Shown here: positions 41,177 to 51,904 of the stretch, in pieces
Position numbering within the stretch: the stretch's first letter is position 1
How the letters are laid out: every line of letters starts with the position of its first letter
Assembly: GCA_963804995.1 (NCBI GenBank)
Contig: CAWDSK010000005.1
Span: 896,001 to 960,000 of the forward strand
DNA length: 64,000 nt
Origin: an uncultured Acidobacteriota bacterium
GTDB taxonomy: Bacteria; Acidobacteriota; Terriglobia; UBA7540
Reading direction: 5' to 3'
Notes under the pieces: generated by a model
Database searches by the model: none
Seen by the model: only the letters and a program-made list of their open reading frames with translations
What the model was told of the DNA's origin: nothing
Translations under genes and position numbers: made by a program

Positions 41177-43189
41177 TGGGTTTGCTTTCCCCATGGTTCC
41201 TCGCGGCGGCGGCGTTGGTGGGGCTCCCCATCTATCTCCATCTGCTCCGCCGTCACAAGGCGGATCCCCAGCCGTTCAGCTCGCTCATGTTTTTCGAGCG
41301 GCGCACCCAAAGTTCGATCAAGCATCGCCGCCTCCGTCATCTGCTGCTGCTGTCACTGCGAGTTGCGGTTCTGCTATTGCTGGCGCTGGTATTTGCAAAT
41401 CCATTTATTAACCGTTCCGTGGCAGGCATGGGCGGCAATAAACTGGTTCTGTTGGTTATCGATAACTCTTTCAGCATGCGGGCCGGGTCGCGCCTGGCCG
41501 ACGCGCGGCAGGCCGCGCTTGCCGTGCTGGCGTCGCGGAATCCTGGGACCCGGGCTCAGGTCATGACGCTTGGCTCTGAGCTCCACGTGTTGACCGGGCA
41601 AACTCAAGAAGCAGGGGAGTTGCGGAACGCCGTGGAAAGCGTCACGCCTGGCGACTCCCGCGCGAGTTTCGGCGATCTCGCCAGGGGCATGCGCTCCCTG
41701 GCGGAAACAGTTCGTACTCCCGTTGAGCTGCACCTCTTCAGTGACCTGCAGAAATCCAACCTGCCGGCGAGCTTCCAGGAAATGACCTTGCCACCGAACG
41801 TCACCCTTGTTCCGCATGCGGTCGCGAAGAGCGCAGCGCCCAACTGGACGGTCGAAAGCGTCACTGCCCCGGCCCAGGTTTGGGACCCGAAGAAAGCTCG
41901 CGTCCAGGCCGTGGTTGCGGGATTCCACACCCCTGCGGCCACCCGAACCGTTTCCCTGGTTGTCAATGGCAAGACCCTCGCGACGCGCAGCGTCAGCGTA
42001 CCGGCCGATGGTCGCGCGACCGTGGAGTTTGATTCCCTGGATGTGCCCTACGGCTTCAGCCGTTGTGAGGTGAGGATTGATTCGGCAGACTCCTTAGCGG
42101 CCGACGATCAGTTCCTATTTTCCGTCGAGCGTTCCGACCCCCAGCGGGTTCTCTTCGTCCACGAGGAGAACGATTCGCGCTCTCCCCTCTACTTCCGCTC
42201 TGCCCTCGCCTCGGCGGCGGAAGCGGCCTTCACGGTGGAAACCCTTACGGTCGACCAGGCCGCGAACACGCAACCCTCGCAGTATGCTTTCGTCGTTCTG
42301 TCTGACGTTGGATCGCTGCCCTCTGCGTACGAAGAAAGTCTCCTCAACTATGTACGCGGCGGCGGGAGTATCCTGATTGCTCTCGGCACATCCGCGGCGC
42401 GCCGTCCACACATTCCCGTCTTCGGAGGTGACATCCGGGGTTCGCGCAATTATGCGCGCGCTGGCCAGCGCTACCTGACCGTGGGCGAAGCTGATCCAAC
42501 GCTATCCCTCGATTGCCAAGGCCGAGCGCTGGGCCAACGTGGAGTTCTACTTTGCCGTCGAGCCCGACACGGCCAATTCGCGAGTTATCTCACGCCTCAC
42601 CGATGGGACGCCTTTGCTGGTGGAAAAGAAGTTGAGTGAGGGGCGAGTTCTGCTTTTCACTTCGGGCCTGGACAATCTCACCAATGATTTCCCGATGCAT
42701 CCGACCTTCGTCCCCTTTGTCGAGCAAACGGCGCGGTATCTCTCCGGCGCGGAGCGGCGGAGCGGCTCCCGCGTGGTCGATTCCTTCTTTGAGCTGCGCA
42801 CCGACAAGGATCATGCCGCCAGCGTCGAGGTGGTTGACCCCGACGGGCGCCGCCCCCTTTCCTTGAAGGAGGCGGCTTCCACCCCGACGTTCCGGTTGAG
42901 CCGCTCCGGCTTTTACGAAATGCGCCTTGCCAATGGCCGCCATGAGGTCATCGGCGTCAACGCGGACCGCCGCGAGTCCGACCTCGACGTCATCCCTGAT
43001 GATGTTCTGGCGCTTTGGCGGGGCAATGCTGCACCAACCCCGCAGCCGGCTTCGGTGGCCGGGACAGTGCAGCAAGAGAAAAAGCCTTACAGCGTCTGGT
43101 GGTACTTCATGCTGCTCCTTCTGGTGGCAGCGGTAGCGGAATCATTGGTAAGCGACCGATACCTGGGCAAGCTGCGGGAGGAGCCATGA
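41176..43189 (+). CDS. BatA/vWA domain membrane protein, frameshifted as assembled near 42500
   Basis: LPIYLHLL...FSSLMF BatA N-terminus, DNSFSM MIDAS; continues in ORF 42539..43189 (PTFVPFV, RESDL, C-terminal TM). Confidence 0.82.
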
Positions 43190-46100
43190 ACTCACGAGAC
43201 CAGCTCGCTTCCTACCTCAAGAAGATTGAGGGACGCCTACGCCTCGGAACCGTGATGCGCGGGGTGGCCGTCTTGATTTCGGTCGCCTTGATGACAACCG
43301 TGGTGCTGGTCCTGATCACCAACCGTTTCGCTTTCTCCGACGTGAGCCTTCTCTTCGCCCGCGTCGTGCTCATCCTCACGCTTGCCACCGCAGTGGGCTA
43401 CGGGTTGGCCTTGCCCTGGCGCGCTCTCAACCGGAGACGGGCGGCGCGTAAAGCGGAGGTGGTTTTTCCGCAATTCGATCAACGCCTGGTAACTTTCGCC
43501 GAACGCGACCAGGGTGACCGTGATCCCTTTCTGGAGTTGCTGGCAGCGGATACTCTGGAAGTCGCGCGTGCGGCCGAACCTGCGTCCCTGGTTCCGGATG
43601 GTAAACTTGCAGCCTGGATTGCGTGCGGCGGCGTGTCACTGGTCGTGCTGATTTGGTTGATCGTTGCCGGCCCGGGATATCTCGGCTACGGCGCCGGGCG
43701 GCTATGGGCCGGCTCGCTCCACAGCGCTGCTCCGTTTTATGACGTTCGAGTGAGTCCTGGTGACGCCGCCGTGCGCCGGAGTGCCAACCAACTGGTCACG
43801 GCGCAGGTTATCGGCCGCCAGGTGGAGAACGCCCGCCTCTTTGCCCGCTATCAAAGCGCTTCGAAGTGGGAACAGGTCACCATGCAGCGGCAATCTGCGG
43901 GCGCGGGATTTGAATTTCTATTCGCGGGGCTTCCTGAAAGCGTCGAGTACTACATTGAAGCCGGACCCCTTGCGCTCACGAAATTATCAAACTTCGAGTT
44001 GTGGATCTGCCCTCGGTCAAGCAGATTCGCGTGACCTACCATTTTCCGGCCTGGACGGGGATGAAGGATTCCGTGGAAGAGCACGGCGGCGACCTGCGCG
44101 CCGTGGAGGGCACCGAGGCGGACCTCAGCGTATTGTTCAGCCAGCCGGTGGGCCACGCCTTCCTCGCGCTCGACAGTGGAAAGGAGATTGACCTCGCCGC
44201 CAGCGATCACAACTTTCACAAGGGCGCCGTGCGGATTGAAAAGGATGGACTGTACCACGTCGCCACGTTCGACCAGGGGCAGCCCGTGCGCTTGTCCGAA
44301 GACTTCTTCATCGAAGCGCGCAAAGTGAATCCGCCGGATATGCGCATTACGCGGCCCGCGAGCGAATACCACGCCAGCCCCATCGAGGAAGTCACGGTCG
44401 GCGTACGGGCTACGGATGATTTTGGTTTGAGCGACTTGACCCTTCACTATTCGGTTAACGGTGGGCCGGAGAAAACCTCACAGCTTGCTCAAGCAAAAGG
44501 GCGCGAAGGAGGCGGAGGGTTCCACGACTCTTTTTCTAGAGGACTTCAAGCTGGTGCCGGGTGACTTGGTGAGCTTGTATGCGAGCGCCAGGGACGCGCG
44601 GGCTGAGTCCCATACCGACATGATGTTTATCCAAGCCGAGCCCTTCGCCAGGGAGTACTCGCAATCCCAGGTAACGGGCGGAGGCGGGGGCGGCGGCATG
44701 GGGGGCGAACAATCGCAGATTTCCCAGCGCGAGAAGGAAATCATCGCCGAGACCTGGAAGCACCAGCTCAGTAAGACCGCCTCCCAGCAGGACCTTACCG
44801 AGGCGGCCAAATTCCTTTCCGGCGTGCAAGCCAAGCTGCGCGACCAGTCTCTCTCTTTGGCAGGTCGTCTGGAAAGGCGCGAGCTGACGGAAGAGAATGA
44901 GGAGTTCAGCCAATTCCAGCAGGATATGAACGCCGCCGCGCAGGCGATGGCCCCTGCCTCTCAAGCGCTTCAGCAACAAAAGTGGAAGGAAGCCATCCCC
45001 GATGAGCAGAAGGCCCTGCAATTTCTGTTGCGGGCCGAAGCGACCTTCCGCCAAATCGAAGTGGCCTTCGGCAACCGAGGGGGGAGGTGGCGGGGGAGGT
45101 CCGGCCGGGATCTCCAGAGCCTCTTCGACCTCGAGTTGGACACTGAGAAGAACCAGTACGAGACCGAACAGACGGCCAGCTCCGCCAATCAGCGTGGCGA
45201 GGAGATTGACAAGGCGCTCCAGAAGCTGGATGAATTGGCTCGCCGGCAGGAGGAGTTGGCCCAGCAGCAGCACCGCAACTCTCAAGATTTCCAAACTCGT
45301 TGGGAGCAGGAGATGCTGCGCCGCGAAGCCGAGAAGTTGCAGGAAGAGATGGCGGCAGCTCGCGCAGAGCGGTTCGCAGCAGGGAGGCGCCTCGGGATCA
45401 TCCAGCCAGTCATCGTCGGGGCGCGGGCAGAGCACGGCGGACGCGCCAGTCCAGCAGGCCCTCGACCGGCTTCGCCAGGCCAATGACGATATGCGACGTG
45501 CCGCTTCGCCGGAGCAAAGTGGCGCTGACGCGCGCCGCGCCGCCGAGCGCCTCCGCGAAGCCTCAAACCTGCTCAATGGCTTGCGAAAGCAGGACGCTAC
45601 CGAGCGGCTCGGTCGACTGGCTAGCGAGGGGGAGCGCTTGACAGGTGAGCAACGCGCCGAAGCGGAGCGCATGCGGCGGGCCTTCGATCCCTCCGAGGTC
45701 GCCAAGCGCTCGGGCGCGGGTCAATCCGACGCGGCCGTTCAGGAATTGTCGAAGCTGGCGGGCGACCGGCAACGCCTGGCGGATGAGCTTGGGAGCCTCG
45801 AGAAGGAAATGCAGGACGCCACGCGCGAGCTCGCTTCGGGACAGCGCCCTGCGGCCTCGAAGCTCCGCGACGCTCTCAGCGAGATGCAGCAATCCGACCT
45901 CCGAACCCGCATCCAGAGGAGCGCGGACATGATCCGCCGCGGCATGCCGAATCCCGGCGAGGCGGCTATTACCGCCGGCATCGACCACCTCAACGATCAA
46001 CTGCGCCAGGCCCAACAGTCGCTAGGTGGCGGGCAGCAGAATCCGGAAGAGGCGCTGGACCGCGTGGCGCGCTTGCGAAGCCAACTCGACACGCTTACCC

Positions 46101-46666
46101 GGAGTCCGAGTGCTCATGGTGGCCAACCGGGGCAGGGTCGCGAGGGTGGAAATGTGCCCAATGGTCCCGGAAATGACGGAGGCCGCGAGGGTGGAAATCT
46201 GCGCAGTGGCGTGGGAAATGGCGGCGGCCGCTGGGACGGTGATCGCTACTACGGCGGGTACGATCCCGGTGGCCAGTCGTGGCCGCAGGGTAGCGAGCGC
46301 AAGGAAACTCCGACTACTCAAGCTGACATCGAGCGCGCTTACCAGGAGGCTCTGCGCGACTTGAACGAGCTGCGCCAGACCGTACGCGGCGGGCCCGGGC
46401 CGCTCGGCGATATTCAAGACTTGCTCCGGGAGCTCAACCGGCTGGACCCTCGGCGCTTCCCCGGCAACCCGGCGATGCTTGAACAACTCCGCGCGCAAGT
46501 GCAGACCAGCGTGGATAAACTTGAGCTGCAAATCCGCCGCGAAATGGACGATAAGCAGAAGGGACAGGTCCGCACCGGCGATGCCCTGCACGTCCCCGAC
46601 GGTTATCAGGAATCGGTCGCGGAATATTTCCGGCGGTTAAGCAAGCGACCGGACGCGAACAAATGA
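43186..46666 (+). CDS. DUF4175-like membrane-anchored coiled-coil protein, several frameshifts as assembled
   Basis: Pieces in ORFs 43015..44034, 44001..44564 (ATDDFGL), 44461..45486 (LVPGDLVSLYA), 45002..46666 (VPDGYQESVAEYFRRL); ATGA overlap at 43186. Confidence 0.75.
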
Positions 46667-46775
46667 GCGCGTGCGACCGTTACAGTGAGGAGTGGCCGCC
46701 CGCCATTAAGATCGGCGACCATTCGGCCAAGGCCGGGCGCCGCTCGGCCCGTCGCGCTCCTGTCGTGCGGTTCGT

Positions 46776-46804
46776 TTGACAGAGCGGGGCGTCGCCTTTA
46801 CACT
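46776..46804 (+). promoter_or_regulatory. Sigma70 promoter of parDE-like operon
   Basis: TTGACA-17 bp-TACACT; TGACAGA direct repeat at 46777 and 46804. Confidence 0.6.
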
Positions 46805-46846
46805 GACAGAAGCGGTTGATCGCTGCATCCGCGTGGAGATTTGGCC

Positions 46847-47101
46847 ATGGCTATTCAGTTAAAGCCCGAACAGGAGCACCGCATTGCGGAAGCGATACGC
46901 TCCGGCGCTTATCAAAGTCCCGAAGACGTAATCGACCGGGCGCTGGAGGTGCTGCACGAGCGGGATGAATGGTTAATGGCCAACCGCCAGACGGTGGATG
47001 CCAGGATTCGCCAAGGGTTGGAAGAACTGAACCGGGGGGAGGGGATTCCCGAGGACCAACTGGACACTCACCTTGCACACCTGAAAGCTCAACCTGAATG
47101 A
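46847..47101 (+). CDS. ParD-like antitoxin
   Basis: MAIQLKPEQE...SGAYQSPEDVIDRAL...IRQGLEELNRGEGI pattern; coupled to toxin. Confidence 0.85.
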   Translation: MAIQLKPEQEHRIAEAIRSGAYQSPEDVIDRALEVLHERDEWLMANRQTVDARIRQGLEELNRGEGIPEDQLDTHLAHLKAQPE

Positions 47102-47406
47102 CCCGGCGATATCTCCTGGCGCCGCAGGCGGCCCGCGACTTGGTACAAATCTGGCGTTACGTGAAGCGGGAAGTCAGCCGGGAAGCCGCCGACCGAGTTG
47201 AATCTGTCATTCGAAGCAAGTGCGTCTACCTGGCCAGCTTCCCCGACGCGGGGCACTGGCGGCCTGATTTGACCTCTGCAGCCGTGCGGTTCTTTTCTGT
47301 TTACTCTTACCTGATTGTGTACCGACCTGAAACCCAGCCAATACAAGTGGTTACCATTCTGCACGGCAGCCGTGATGTAGCAGGGATCTTAAGCGAAGGG
47401 TTCTAG
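47098..47406 (+). CDS. RelE/ParE-family toxin
   Basis: LAPQAARDLVQIWRY, LASFPDAGHWRPDL, YLIVYR, ILHGSRD. Confidence 0.9.
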   Translation: MTRRYLLAPQAARDLVQIWRYVKREVSREAADRVESVIRSKCVYLASFPDAGHWRPDLTSAAVRFFSVYSYLIVYRPETQPIQVVTILHGSRDVAGILSEGF

Positions 47407-47421
47407 ACGCGGCCCTTCGCG

Positions 47422-47466
47422 GCCGACTGCTTCGCCGCCGCCCTCGCCCAAGCTCGCAAGGCAACC
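47422..47466 (+). repeat. 45-bp copy of an internal segment of the downstream vapC gene
   Basis: 44/45 identical to 48292-48336. Confidence 0.85.
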
Positions 47467-47620
47467 GTGCTTTACCAGCCTAACCGTTCATCTCAACAAT
47501 GGGGATAAGACCACGCTGTTGGTCCAACTGCCTCGCTATGTAGGAATTATATGGATTGACTTACATGAGTCCAATAAGTAAGATGTAGCGCAGTGCGGCG
47601 AAGCTGCAAGCAAAAGAGAA

Positions 47621-47690
47621 TCATAGCCCTCTCCGCAGGGGAGAGGGTGGACCGCGGTCCCGATGCACTTGATCGGGACGGGTGAGGGGT
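47621..47690 (-). repeat. CCCCTCACCC...CCCTCTCCC...GGAGAGGG hairpin-family repeat
   Basis: Reverse complement matches the layout of 56571-56665 including the terminal GGAGAGGGCTATG; partial copy near 27046. Confidence 0.6.
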
Positions 47691-47767
47691 CACTTTCGGG
47701 AAGTCGAACAGTATTCTTGCTAAAAAACACATGAATTTACGGCATTGCATTGCAGGGTGGGTGACCA

Positions 47768-48004
47768 ATGAAGATCGAAACCAGCGTCGTCACGACCAAG
47801 GGACAACTCGTCATCCCCGCTCGGCTGCGCCGGCGGTTCGGGATCAAAAAGGGGACGAGGGTCACCTTTGTCGAGGATGCCGGGCGCATCATCGTGCAGC
47901 CCGTCACCCGCGAATTCATCCGCGGGCTGCGCGGGTCGCTCGCAGGGGACCCCTCCGCGCTCGGCACTCTGCTTGAGGAGCGCAAGCGCGAGCGGACCCT
48001 ATGA
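47768..48004 (+). CDS. AbrB/MazE/SpoVT-family antitoxin
   Basis: VTTKGQLVIPARLRRRFGIKKGTRVTF swapped-hairpin motif. Confidence 0.92.
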   Translation: MKIETSVVTTKGQLVIPARLRRRFGIKKGTRVTFVEDAGRIIVQPVTREFIRGLRGSLAGDPSALGTLLEERKRERTL

Positions 48005-48399
48005 AAACCTACGTGTTGGACGCGAGCGCCCTCATGACGTTTTTCGAGAACCGCGCGGGGGCCGACAAGGTCGAAAAACTCCTGGTTGACGCGGCGGATG
48101 CCGAGCGCCCGCACGTCATGTCGGTGGTTAACTGGGGTGAGGTCTATTACGCGATCTGGCGTGCGCACGGAGAGAAGGCGGCCGCCGTCAAGCTCCAGGA
48201 CATCGCCCAGCTTCCCATAGAGATAGTGGACGTTGATATGGAACTGGCTAAGCTCGCCGCCAGCCTTAAAGCTCAGTACAAGCTTCCTTACGCCGACTGC
48301 TTCGCCGCCGCCCTCGCCCAAGCCCGCAAGGCAACCTTGGTCACAAGTGACCAGGACTTCAAGCGCGCGGGCACCGCCCTCAAAATCCTTTGGGTCTGA
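48001..48399 (+). CDS. vapC: PIN-domain toxin (VapC family)
   Basis: YVLDASAL, NWGEVYY, LPYADCFAAA, LVTSDQDF. Confidence 0.92.
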   Translation: MKTYVLDASALMTFFENRAGADKVEKLLVDAADAERPHVMSVVNWGEVYYAIWRAHGEKAAAVKLQDIAQLPIEIVDVDMELAKLAASLKAQYKLPYADCFAAALAQARKATLVTSDQDFKRAGTALKILWV

Positions 48400-48403
48400 T
48401 TTT

Positions 48404-48610
48404 GTAGCGCGGACCTGTTCTGCAGGTCCGCGGCTCTCAATATCAAATTCTCTCATTTCCATTCGAGGGCACGAAAAACCGCGGACCTACAAAACAGGTC
48501 CGCGCTACCCTTAACTTGTAGGGCCGAACGGCGTTCGGCCTTGGCCGAGCGCTGCTCGGCCCTACAATTCCGCCGCCGCCCCCTGATCCCCTCCTTAACG
48601 AGGAAGGGAA
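48404..48610. repeat. Cluster of REP-like palindromes (two GTAG doublets plus a CCCCT hairpin)
   Basis: GTAGCGCGGACCTG...CAGGTCCGCGG and inverse partner (48404-48508); TGTAGGGCCGAACG...CTCGGCCCTACA (48517-48566, degenerate copy at 46721-46750); CCCCTGATCCCCTCCTTAACGAGGAAGGG. Confidence 0.8.
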
Positions 48611-48709
48611 TAAACCGTCGAAGCCAGCGCCGCCGTTGCCGCCACTATTCACCGGAGGTTGGGCATCAGGGGAAAAGCTTGCGGAGAGAAGGGCACTGCC
48701 CGTGGCCAC

Positions 48710-49057
48710 TCAAAGTCCCAGTGTATTGCGCAGTGCCTGATCGACAGCTTCCATTCGCGGCATTCGCCCGATGGCCCGTTTGACCAGTTGCAGTTCTATG
48801 GTCGCCAAGTTGTCGGTCATGATCACCGAATCGGATTTCAGGCCGGTCTGGAGAGCGAGCGGATCCTTCAACGAGACCGTGACACGGCTGGGATGCGCGG
48901 CGCGGGCCAGATTGCTGCTGACCATGGCAACGACCACCTGCGGGAGTCCGGTGTTGAGCTCCTCGGCTTGGACCACCAGAACCGGCCGCAGCTTCACCGT
49001 CCTGAGGTCGGAGTGGGGAAAGTAGACCAAGGCGAAGTCGCCGCGTCTAAGGCTCAT
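48710..49057 (-). CDS. PemK/MazF-family toxin
   Basis: RRGDFALVYFP, KLRPVLVVQ, TGLKSDSVIMTDNLATI. Confidence 0.92.
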   Translation of the reverse strand: MSLRRGDFALVYFPHSDLRTVKLRPVLVVQAEELNTGLPQVVVAMVSSNLARAAHPSRVTVSLKDPLALQTGLKSDSVIMTDNLATIELQLVKRAIGRMPRMEAVDQALRNTLGL

Positions 49058-49247
49058 TGTAAACGTCCATGCTGGGGTCGTCCCAATCGGCAGCGAACGT
49101 CGTCAGCTTGGCGCGCACTTCGCGCGCGCGCTCACGTGTCCACCCCAGGTCATGGATGGTGAGCTTGTTTTTAGTCGGGGTAACTCGCTTCGCAGCTTTT
49201 CGTGGCCTGGTTGCAGGCTGCTTCCCAATCAGAGCTTTAACGTGCAT
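49047..49247 (-). CDS. Putative antitoxin of the MazF-like toxin
   Basis: GAGGAGG RBS, 66 aa, acidic tail DWDDPSMDVYNE, overlaps toxin start. Confidence 0.72.
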   Translation of the reverse strand: MHVKALIGKQPATRPRKAAKRVTPTKNKLTIHDLGWTRERAREVRAKLTTFAADWDDPSMDVYNEP

Positions 49248-49883
49248 CCAGACCTCCTCAGCGGTCGCTCGAACCCAAGCACCCACCATTCTATAACACC
49301 TTCCAGCCGGGAACTAACTGAACCTGCCCCAAATGCAGGAGCCACCCCCTATTCAGGGGCGCTGTGTGTTTCCCCCTGACACCTGGCACCTAGCACCTGA
49401 CACCCTGGCGGGGAGCGCCGACATTGCAGCCACAATTGACCGGAAGTTTGGCATCAAGGGAAAGGCCCACGGACATGAGGGCACGGTCCGTGCCTACCCG
49501 CTTTGCGTCTCGGCGCGAGTTTATATATTTTTTCACACCTTCAGTCGGCGATCTGCGCCTAAGTTGAATAGCCACCCCAATACGAGGGGCCGCACGCCGC
49601 GCTAAGCTGAGCGAGGCCAGACTCCGGCGTCCGCCAAAAGTCAACCAAGGGCGCCGTTGAATGGAGCGGGGACGCAACGGCGCTGGGGGGGAGCGATTGA
49701 CCAACTGTTCGAAATCCGCGACAACGTTGTTATGGTACCGCATGGACACCATAGATTCCCTCCGCTTTCCCAACCGGGCTCATATGGAGCTATTCCCGCG
49801 GGCTGCGCGTTCGCCGTCAAGTGAAGAACCCACAGTCAGAACTGCGTTGACTGAGCCTACCTGCTTTGCGCCGGCCCAACGGT

Positions 49884-51800
49884 CTAGGAAGGCCCGGAAG
49901 ACATCGAGATGCTCGAAAGGCAAGCTGACTTTAGCTCCGCCGCGCGCGACAGGTACACTCCGAACTGCTCAGCGGATTGTGCGAAATGCCAACGCCCCCA
50001 TGCTTGACATGCAGCGTCGATTATGTGCACTGTAAGCGCGGCGACCGCTTTCACTCCTTCAAACGCCGTTCCTTCGACCGTCTTGTTTCCATCAAGGAGG
50101 TCGGCGACACGGAATGCCGGATGCCGACCGTTGATTGCGAGTTGACGACGATCGGCTCGGACCTCCGCCTCATCGTCCCTTTCACCCATTTCCCAGTCCA
50201 TAATCGGAGTCAACTGCATTCCCGACACATAAGCTGCTGCCCCTCCCAACACATCATCGAGCGGAGTTGGCGGGTTGGTTTGCCTGAGGTTGTCCCGTGC
50301 AACGTTCTCTTTTCGCCGCACGTTTTGGCTGCCACAGCCCGGTTTCTCGCTCGGGCGGCCGTCCCTCCCCACAGAAAATTCCCTGCAATGAGTCGGGACC
50401 TGCTCTTTTGGAGCCTTCCACGAATCGAGACAATCGAGGCATTCCCAATGTGCATTGCGGGTCTCCTGTGCAGGTGGAGGCGTTATAAGCTTCTTTCTTA
50501 CCTCCTTGTCTGACGATTCGACGGCTCTGCGATACTCATCGCTCCTTATTTGATTCAGCCCTGCTGTGAGGGGCTCTAACGCTTTGGTGTAACGTTCTTG
50601 ACTTCGCAGGCGCTCTTCACGTAGTTCTTCCTCACGCAGTAGATCGGACAGATTACTGACCTTTCCGAGGATGTAGTCAAGGAAGGCGGCATATTGCTCA
50701 TTTGCATCCAACCCCTCCCGACTCGTGGTGTCCCGTAGTTGTGGATTTTGATCCTTGGAAATGTGTATTGTTCCCTCCAAGTAGTGAGGCTTTAGCCGGA
50801 AGCGGCTACCTCTCAAGTATCGGCTGCGGTAAATCTGGAGCCAATCGCCTTCTGGACCAGGCTCACCGTAGGGGCGAACCCTACATCCATCACGAAAGAT
50901 CCTTACGCCCATGTTCCAGTCTAGGCTGGCATCTCCTCCTCTGCTCGCCTCGGTCTTGGTCAACCCTTGGCCGAAGTACCGCAACCGCCCCCGGATGGCC
51001 CCGAAGGAGGGGGGGCCAATATCCTTGATCTCGCGAGCTTCCTTACCCTCCGAAAAGATAACGCTAGTCTCCCATCCGTCGGAGCTCACCTCAAATACTA
51101 TGCGGTGAGTTTCATTGCCCGGCAGGGGATTCTTGAGCGAATCGTTTAGGTCTTGCCAAGGGGTAATGAATATGATTCTAAAATCCGTTGCGGTTTCTGG
51201 ATCGATCAGGCTCGATAGTTGCGCACGGAGCTTTTCGATCCTTTTCCTCGTCCAATTTAGCCTCAACCTGCGTATTTCGAGCCTCGTTCCATGAGGCGGG
51301 TCGAAGCCTTCTGGATTCTTGTACTTAATGGGAAAGCTGTAATCGGCTAATTCACGCTCCCCGCTGAGCTCATCCCAGTTAAATCTGACTTGAAGAAACT
51401 TCTGTTGGGCTTCGACCTTCGTGCGAAGAATCAACTCGTGGCCCAGCTTCTCGGCCGCAAAACGTCCAACCCCCTTCTGCCCGAGTCGCTTGCGTCGGGA
51501 CAGCGGACTCCTATCCTCGCGCAACTTATTCTCGGTTGCCAGGAATGCCCACTTTGAATGAAGATCGTCCTCTGTCATTCCGGTGCCGTCGTCCTGAATT
51601 CGAAGTGCTTGCCCCTCTTCAGTCCCACGCAACTCGACTCGGACGCTTGTTGCGTCGGCGTCATAGGCGTTCTTCACTAGTTCGATAACGGCAGTAATTT
51701 CGTCACGGAGCTGCTCTGATCCGAGCCGTGCGAGCATTGCCGCTCCGGTCCGGAAGCGCAGCATCTCACTGCTAGCTATTGCGACCTGTGTTTGCCCCAT
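49884..51800 (-). CDS. GHKL (MORC/HATPase_c_3-like) ATPase with S5-like domain and C-terminal Cys4 region
   Basis: ELVKNAYDA, DDGTGM, GQKGVGRFA, HGTRLEI; GVRIFRDGCRVRPYG...TTSREGL; CLDC...C...GCGS; INGRHP. Confidence 0.85.
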   Translation of the reverse strand: MGQTQVAIASSEMLRFRTGAAMLARLGSEQLRDEITAVIELVKNAYDADATSVRVELRGTEEGQALRIQDDGTGMTEDDLHSKWAFLATENKLREDRSPLSRRKRLGQKGVGRFAAEKLGHELILRTKVEAQQKFLQVRFNWDELSGERELADYSFPIKYKNPEGFDPPHGTRLEIRRLRLNWTRKRIEKLRAQLSSLIDPETATDFRIIFITPWQDLNDSLKNPLPGNETHRIVFEVSSDGWETSVIFSEGKEAREIKDIGPPSFGAIRGRLRYFGQGLTKTEASRGGDASLDWNMGVRIFRDGCRVRPYGEPGPEGDWLQIYRSRYLRGSRFRLKPHYLEGTIHISKDQNPQLRDTTSREGLDANEQYAAFLDYILGKVSNLSDLLREEELREERLRSQERYTKALEPLTAGLNQIRSDEYRRAVESSDKEVRKKLITPPPAQETRNAHWECLDCLDSWKAPKEQVPTHCREFSVGRDGRPSEKPGCGSQNVRRKENVARDNLRQTNPPTPLDDVLGGAAAYVSGMQLTPIMDWEMGERDDEAEVRADRRQLAINGRHPAFRVADLLDGNKTVEGTAFEGVKAVAALTVHIIDAACQAWGRWHFAQSAEQFGVYLSRAAELKSACLSSISMSSGPS

Positions 51801-51904
51801 GAGCCCCCCTTCGTATCAGAAGCTTGGAGCGGCTGGCGAGACGAAGTGCGGCTCTTCCGCCCACCCCGGCCTCTGTCGCTCGCGCTTCGTGCGCAAGTGT
51901 CAAA

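Noticed and set aside
49390..49773. Possible third gene of the AIPR-ATPase operon (GGAGG before an ATG near 49752)
   Set aside because: Product is Arg/Pro-rich with no recognisable motif and runs into repeats; not supportable without homologues
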